A DNA stretch of 64,000 nt from an uncultured Gammaproteobacteria bacterium (GTDB taxonomy: Bacteria; Patescibacteriota; Microgenomatia; Levybacterales; GWA1-39-11). The notes beneath the pieces were generated by a model. It was not told the DNA's origin. It searched no databases and worked only from the letters and a program-made list of their open reading frames with translations. Below are positions 58,931-64,000 of the stretch, in pieces. The stretch lies in the NCBI GenBank assembly GCA_964450885.1, contig CAYVFE010000001.1, forward strand, positions 65,301 through 129,300, given 5' to 3'. The translations under genes were made by a program, and so were the position numbers. How positions within the stretch are numbered: position 1 is the first letter of the stretch; every line of letters begins with the position of its first letter.

Positions 58931-60625
58931 CTACTTTTTCTCGATGTTGAAGAAAGCGAATCCGCTTTGGGGGATAGATAGTCTTCCTGGCGCACGCAGG
59001 TTAAAGGCTTTCTTGAATTCTTCCCCAGACATAGATACTCCATTTATGGTGACACTGTTCGTGTTTCCGTTTCCTTGAGTTACAGTAACACTTGTTGCCT
59101 GGCTTATTCCTCCTCTTCCAGATACTAAATTCTTTAGCTCATCCATGCTGTATGGATTTCCTCCCCAGCAAGAAGTCGTAACAGGTGTTATCCGCCCAGT
59201 ATCTATGCCGTCGCTATTTTTCAGTGCTATCGCAGCATTTACGATATCTGCCATTTCGTTAGGGCTAAGCCATGGATTTGAACGTCCGCATGTGTCGCCT
59301 GAGTTGCTATACCCCTGCCTCCACCAGGCTTTATATAACCAGGGAGAGCCCCCGATTTTGTCATATGCTCTGTCTATAAAATCTCCCCCACCTTTTCCAT
59401 CGGTCGTATCCCAACCTATCGGACTTGCAAAACCACCGTGAGTCGAAGCGTAATAGGTGACGACATCTTCAAGGACCTTCCCGCGCGTGTCCTCGACTGC
59501 TTGTCGCCATGCATCGGGAGGATTATCAGCTTTACCAGAATTAAATACCTGGCACGCCTCATTTGTACAAATTTCAAGACCGTCCCTTTTGTAGCGATAA
59601 GCATAAGTTCTTGCTGCAATCGCTTGGGCTTTTAGCGCTTCAGGATGCCAACTTGATGGCATTTCTGCGATTCCCAAAAGATAGCGCCCCTCGAAATCCA
59701 TTTCTCCGTAACCTGCTACTTTTATATTGCCTCCTGTATCTTTGTCAACAGGTTCTTTGCCATAATATGCGTTAAGAATTTGATTTACGTTTTGACCGCT
59801 TTGTGCTCTTCCCCGCGCTCCATATTGACTCATACCCTTTCTATGTGTATATCCTCCGAATGAAAAAACAGCAAAATAACCACCAGGCGCGGATTCGTTA
59901 AAGCCTTTGATGGAGGAGAGATATTCATCTGCCAGCTCGCCCGATCCTATAGATGCAGTAAATCCTCCTGAGCGGGCATTTATAATCTCGTTTTGTCGGG
60001 CAGACAGGTCTGCTATCTGACCTGTCAGGGTGGACTGGTATTCCTTGGCTCCCAATACGACCTTTTCTATCTCGTCGCGTTCTTTGTCTAACGCAGATTT
60101 GGCACTGGCCAGCATCTTTTCTTCGCTTTCGAGCTTTGTCCTTCTTTCTTCTAGGTCGACAAGCTTCAGGGCAGTACTTGTTATTGCTGATTTATCACGT
60201 TCAGCATCCCGTTTTTGATATGTCAGAAACTTTATGAATTCCGATGGATCGGCGCTTGAAAAGAAAAGTAGAAGCGGAGAAAGAGAATAAGTTTTTATAT
60301 AGGAGTTTTTGACTATCGCATTAAAGTTCTCTTGCTGCTCCCCAAGTTCTTCGTATCCTTGGGCGATATTTTCTCTTTTTACGGCAAGATCTGCTTCTAT
60401 GGCGTTAACCCTTGCTTCGATATTTGAAAGCCGGGATTTTAAGTTATTCAGCTGTCCCTCGAGCGGAACTGTAGCTTTTTTTGAGGCATCAAGTGCTTGT
60501 TGAAGCTCTGCAATTTCCTTTGTTATCTCATCGAGCTCATCAGAATAAACTGGAGAAAGGTTAGTATAAAAAAGTGCCCACAGAGGGATAAGAGTCATAA
60601 GAATTATGATCAGGAATTTTTTCAT
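58931..60625 (-). CDS. Coiled-coil SpoIID/LytB-domain peptidoglycan hydrolase
   Basis: Signal peptide, long coiled coil, HRKGMSQYGA, EMPSSW..EALKAQAIAARTYA. Confidence 0.85.
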   Translation of the reverse strand: MKKFLIIILMTLIPLWALFYTNLSPVYSDELDEITKEIAELQQALDASKKATVPLEGQLNNLKSRLSNIEARVNAIEADLAVKRENIAQGYEELGEQQENFNAIVKNSYIKTYSLSPLLLFFSSADPSEFIKFLTYQKRDAERDKSAITSTALKLVDLEERRTKLESEEKMLASAKSALDKERDEIEKVVLGAKEYQSTLTGQIADLSARQNEIINARSGGFTASIGSGELADEYLSSIKGFNESAPGGYFAVFSFGGYTHRKGMSQYGARGRAQSGQNVNQILNAYYGKEPVDKDTGGNIKVAGYGEMDFEGRYLLGIAEMPSSWHPEALKAQAIAARTYAYRYKRDGLEICTNEACQVFNSGKADNPPDAWRQAVEDTRGKVLEDVVTYYASTHGGFASPIGWDTTDGKGGGDFIDRAYDKIGGSPWLYKAWWRQGYSNSGDTCGRSNPWLSPNEMADIVNAAIALKNSDGIDTGRITPVTTSCWGGNPYSMDELKNLVSGRGGISQATSVTVTQGNGNTNSVTINGVSMSGEEFKKAFNLRAPGRLSIPQSGFAFFNIEKK

Positions 60626-60667
60626 GCAACTTAATTATAACAGGGATAATAAAGTCGTGCGGTGAGG

Positions 60668-60739
60668 TGGGCATGCTTGGAATTGAACCAAGGACATCCA
60701 TTTTATAAGAATGGCGCTCTACCCCTGAGCTACATGCCC
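60668..60739 (-). tRNA. tRNA-Ile(TAT), CCA not encoded
   Basis: GGGCATG/CATGCCC acceptor, GCTC/GAGC D arm, CCATT-CTTATAA-AATGG anticodon arm, CTTGG-TTCAATT-CCAAG T arm, discriminator A. Confidence 0.92.
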
Positions 60740-60785
60740 GCAATAACCCAAAAGTTATACGTTGCTTATTATAACAAAGATTTAT

Positions 60786-63173
60786 CTATCTGCGAGGGAC
60801 CCCTGGAATAGAGCTTGATGTAGGCGGTGGAATATCCAGGTCTGATCGGGAATTTATCTCTTCTTCGACGATATCCCGCGCCCGTCCATACTTGAGTCTT
60901 GAGAGCTCTTTAATAAGCTCTGCGACTCTAGGGTTTTCTCTTGCTTTCTCTTCCTCTATATCACGAGTCAGATCCATAGAGAATGGGGTTGTTGGCTCTC
61001 CTCCTACAAGAGTTTTTACATATGCATGGAAACGTTCGACATTTATAAGGTCTGCTTCTGCAAATGTGGGTTGAAATTCATGTTGAAGATAATTTGCATC
61101 ACTGACACCTACTCTAAACGAAGCTATAGTTCCTACATTTCCAAATATGGCATTTTTTACTTCTTCATCAATTTGTCCTATGAATTGATTTGCGACTGTC
61201 AAATTTAGTCTATATTTTCGCGCCTCAGAGAGTATTTGCGCAAAGTCGGGGGTAGCAAAATTCTGGAACTCATCGACATAGAGGAAGAAGTCACGGCGTT
61301 TATCCTGAGAAATATCTTGTCGACTCATGGCAGCAACTAGGAGTCGTGGTACCATAAGAAGCCCTAAAAAGCTTGAGTTTTCTTCTCCAATTTTACCTTT
61401 TGCGAGGGAAATTAGAAGTATCTTACCTTCATCCATGACTTGCCGGAAATCAAATGAGCTCTTGCTTTGTCCTATCATATTCCTCATCATTTTATTTGTG
61501 ACGAACCTTCCGAATTTAGAAGTTATATAGTCTAGGACTTCGGATTTATGAAAGTCTGATGTCTGTGCGATTTGATCTGTCCAGTAGCGTCTAATGATAG
61601 GATCAGACACTTTGGGTAGGAGTTTTTGAACATAGTTTTGGTCAGTAAGCACGCGAACAAGTTCAACAAAAGTCGTACCCGGTTCGCTCATAACAGTAAG
61701 CATCGCATTGCGGACTGCATGCTCAAATCTAGGACCAATTATCCCGGTTCTTTGTGGGTCATAGAGCTTGTAGAAAAGATTGATGATAGAACCAGTGACA
61801 AAATGTTTTTGGTCCTCAGTCTCAGCGTCAAGCATATTTATACCCATAGGACGCTCTGTGTCTGATGGGTCAAAAAGGATTACGTCCTCAGCTCTTTCAG
61901 GTGGGATAAGAGGTAATATCTGATCGATAGTATCATGTGGATCTATAAAACATACTCCCTCACCATTTCTGATGTCCTGTAGGATCATATCTTTTAGAAA
62001 TTCTGATTTTCCGACACCAGTTTTTCCTATGATGTACATGTGACGTCTTCTGTCATCGCGTTCGATAAATACTTTTTTCTCCTGACTTCTATATATGCTT
62101 TTTCCAAGATACAGTCCTGTCGTAGGCATTTTTGCAGGCGCTGGTGCAGTGCGGGCTGCAAGCCAGTTGATATGAGGATTTTCGATTGCCTTGTTAGGGA
62201 AATGGAAAATTGCTGCTAATTCTTCGGGATTGAGAACAGACCCTTTTTTGAGAAGCGGGACATGGCGGTAGATAAAATCTACCATCATCATGCCTTTAAA
62301 AAATTTCGGCGAGTATTTAGTGAATGAATTGAAAGACGAAAACTGAGTGAAGGCACCAACTATATTTCCTAGGTGTGCCTCAGCTGCTTCTTTGCTGGAT
62401 GACACAGTGACTATCCTTATATAAGTGGAGAATCCTGGTTTTGAGATCTTATTTTCGATTGCTTCAAGCTCTTTCTGGTCTGTTGAATAACTTGCGGTCT
62501 CGGGGTCTGCTTCATTTTTCTTTTCTTTTGAGATGTGGGCCCGTCCAGCCTTACTCCATTTGGAATCTGCGGGAGTTATTAAGATTTGTATCGCAGCAGA
62601 TTCTCCTTCCTGCATTTTTCCTAAAGTACTGACGACAGTTGCCATAGGATCTACTGCAAGGTCCTTATAGAATTTGATCGGCAGATAATCTGATTTTTTG
62701 AGATGAAGACTTGTGAAGGCTACTTTTCCGTTGTCGGTCTCGAAGATATTATAATCTTCCATTTCCTGAATATGGGCGTCGGGGTAAGCTCCATTTATCT
62801 GTTTTTCAACCATATCTTGAAGTTTTCTGGGAACTCCAACATAAAATCTGATGTCTCCGGGCTTTGCTACAATCTCGAAAGTAATGCTATCTGGAACCTT
62901 TGAAAAACTCAGCATGCCCTCAGCTGTAGAAAGAGATGCAAAACTTGAAAAGAGCTGTTCTGCCGCATCTATCTTTATTTCGTTATCGCGGGGTAATTTT
63001 ACTTCAATAAGGACAGATTCAAGCGATCTTTTATGCCTGTCTCGGGCCCGAAACCAGACTCCGGACCCGAAAACTGATGCTATAGCACCAGCAACTATAA
63101 GACCGGAGATAATAATCCCGATTACTAGCGTTTGAATAAGTTGGATTATGCCTGAAGCATCTAGTAGTTCCAT
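60786..63173 (-). CDS. VirD4/TraD-like type IV coupling protein
   Basis: N-terminal TM; DRRRHMYIIGKTGVGKS, FIDPH, FLYVDEFQNF, LSEARKYRL, ANQF. Confidence 0.88.
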   Translation of the reverse strand: MELLDASGIIQLIQTLVIGIIISGLIVAGAIASVFGSGVWFRARDRHKRSLESVLIEVKLPRDNEIKIDAAEQLFSSFASLSTAEGMLSFSKVPDSITFEIVAKPGDIRFYVGVPRKLQDMVEKQINGAYPDAHIQEMEDYNIFETDNGKVAFTSLHLKKSDYLPIKFYKDLAVDPMATVVSTLGKMQEGESAAIQILITPADSKWSKAGRAHISKEKKNEADPETASYSTDQKELEAIENKISKPGFSTYIRIVTVSSSKEAAEAHLGNIVGAFTQFSSFNSFTKYSPKFFKGMMMVDFIYRHVPLLKKGSVLNPEELAAIFHFPNKAIENPHINWLAARTAPAPAKMPTTGLYLGKSIYRSQEKKVFIERDDRRRHMYIIGKTGVGKSEFLKDMILQDIRNGEGVCFIDPHDTIDQILPLIPPERAEDVILFDPSDTERPMGINMLDAETEDQKHFVTGSIINLFYKLYDPQRTGIIGPRFEHAVRNAMLTVMSEPGTTFVELVRVLTDQNYVQKLLPKVSDPIIRRYWTDQIAQTSDFHKSEVLDYITSKFGRFVTNKMMRNMIGQSKSSFDFRQVMDEGKILLISLAKGKIGEENSSFLGLLMVPRLLVAAMSRQDISQDKRRDFFLYVDEFQNFATPDFAQILSEARKYRLNLTVANQFIGQIDEEVKNAIFGNVGTIASFRVGVSDANYLQHEFQPTFAEADLINVERFHAYVKTLVGGEPTTPFSMDLTRDIEEEKARENPRVAELIKELSRLKYGRARDIVEEEINSRSDLDIPPPTSSSIPGVPRR

Positions 63174-63176
63174 AAT

Positions 63177-63452
63177 TTAAAAATTTTGAGATAGTGGATT
63201 TTTTTGGAGATCGGATGATTGTGACGCTTTTTCGTCAATTTCAAACTGCTCTTCGTTTATAGAATCATCTGTAATAAGCACACTATCTCCCACGTGTTCT
63301 GCTCCAAAATCCTTTAAATCCTCATGTAGGTGGTGGCTGTCTACGTGCTCATTGTTAAAGGAAATAAACTCATCGAGTTCTATATCAATCTCAGGAATAA
63401 AAATATCTGATGTGTATTCAATGTGAGGATACAGTTTTCTAGGCTGATTCAT
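63177..63452 (-). CDS. Small acidic hypothetical protein
   Basis: TATCAT 7 nt before ATG; 3 nt from the VirD4-like gene. Confidence 0.55.
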   Translation of the reverse strand: MNQPRKLYPHIEYTSDIFIPEIDIELDEFISFNNEHVDSHHLHEDLKDFGAEHVGDSVLITDDSINEEQFEIDEKASQSSDLQKNPLSQNF

Positions 63453-63798
63453 ATATATAATGATAACATAGTAGGCGTTTTATTAGAAGTAAAGTGGATT
63501 ACAAAAAAGTACGAATTATCGCCTATTCTTTGTTATAATACTTTAGCGAAATTGTGAAGACTTTATACTCGCAATTCAAAAAAGTAAATTGCTCGTTTTG
63601 CAGTCTAAATTTCGCTTCTTAATCCCGATTGGCGGGATTACAGCAAAATCTCGTAGAGATTTTGAGTCAGAAAAAGTCCGTTAGAGTTTGGCATTTTGAT
63701 TTAATGCAAACTCCGAAGGAGTTTGAGTAAGGAGAAATACTCTGATAATTTGAAGTTTCGATTTATCGAAGCGAAAAGTTAAAGAGTAATTTTGACGA

Positions 63799-63887
63799 GG
63801 AGGAGTCGCATAGAGGCCCATTGCGGGGGTTTGCTAAATCCCTGAGTCGCAAGGCTCGCGCAGGTTCGAATCCTGTCTCCTCCGCCA
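63799..63887 (+). tRNA. tRNA-Ser(GCT), CCA encoded
   Basis: GGAGGAG/CTCCTCC acceptor, GGGGT-TTGCTAA-ATCCC, long variable arm GAGTC-GCAA-GGCTC, TTCGAAT, GCCA end. Confidence 0.95.
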
Positions 63888-64000
63888 CGTCGCAAGTGGA
63901 CAACTGCTTTTTGTCTCTTGTTCCTTTATTAAAAATGCTAAAGCATTTTTACAAATTGCTGCGCAATTTAATAAAGAGGCGTATTTGTTATATAGCTGTA

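Noticed and set aside
60561-60743. 60-aa ORF MRACSSGVERHSYK
   Set aside because: Translation of the tRNA-Ile gene
28719-63173. Integrative conjugative element or plasmid interpretation of the T4SS genes
   Set aside because: No relaxase, integrase or att repeats seen; genes are interleaved with core loci
1-64000. CRISPR array, rRNA, IS element, prophage or UGA recoding
   Set aside because: No repeat-spacer array, rRNA, transposase or phage structural gene recognised; TGA ends conserved genes such as dnaA at the expected position

Overview
Core chromosomal segment of a small-genome bacterium. Gene content points to Patescibacteria (CPR), Microgenomates-like (inference); standard code 11 is used. 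The window spans the replication origin (dnaA-oriC-dnaN, with DnaA boxes and DnaA-trios at 27498-27627). Left arm: rpe, comM, dnaG, rpoD, tRNA-Asn, then about 18 kb of small stress/detox genes (VOC, DUF1801, SRPBCC, aldo-keto reductase, ATP-grasp + GNAT, MgtE, a fungal-type trehalose phosphorylase). Right arm: a relaxase-free Patescibacteria-type T4SS locus directly abutting dnaN (4 VirB2-like pilins, PrgI, VirB4, lytic transglycosylase, M23-like, VirB6-like; VirD4-like gene further on), large orphan proteins, nrdR-nrdJ-B12 riboswitch-pduO, comF, tmRNA/smpB, tRNA-Ile(UAU) and tRNA-Ser(GCU). Best new lead: a receiver-less ATPase-OmpR/PhoB winged-helix regulator whose own start carries two TTACA-N6-TTACA-type boxes, with the same motif recurring at several dispersed stress-gene promoters (candidate regulon). 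Other leads: rare tRNA-Ile(UAU), widespread leaderless genes, several unannotated microproteins/uORFs, a 29-aa tmRNA tag and a highly structured leader before tRNA-Ser. All family calls come from motif recognition by eye; no database search was run.
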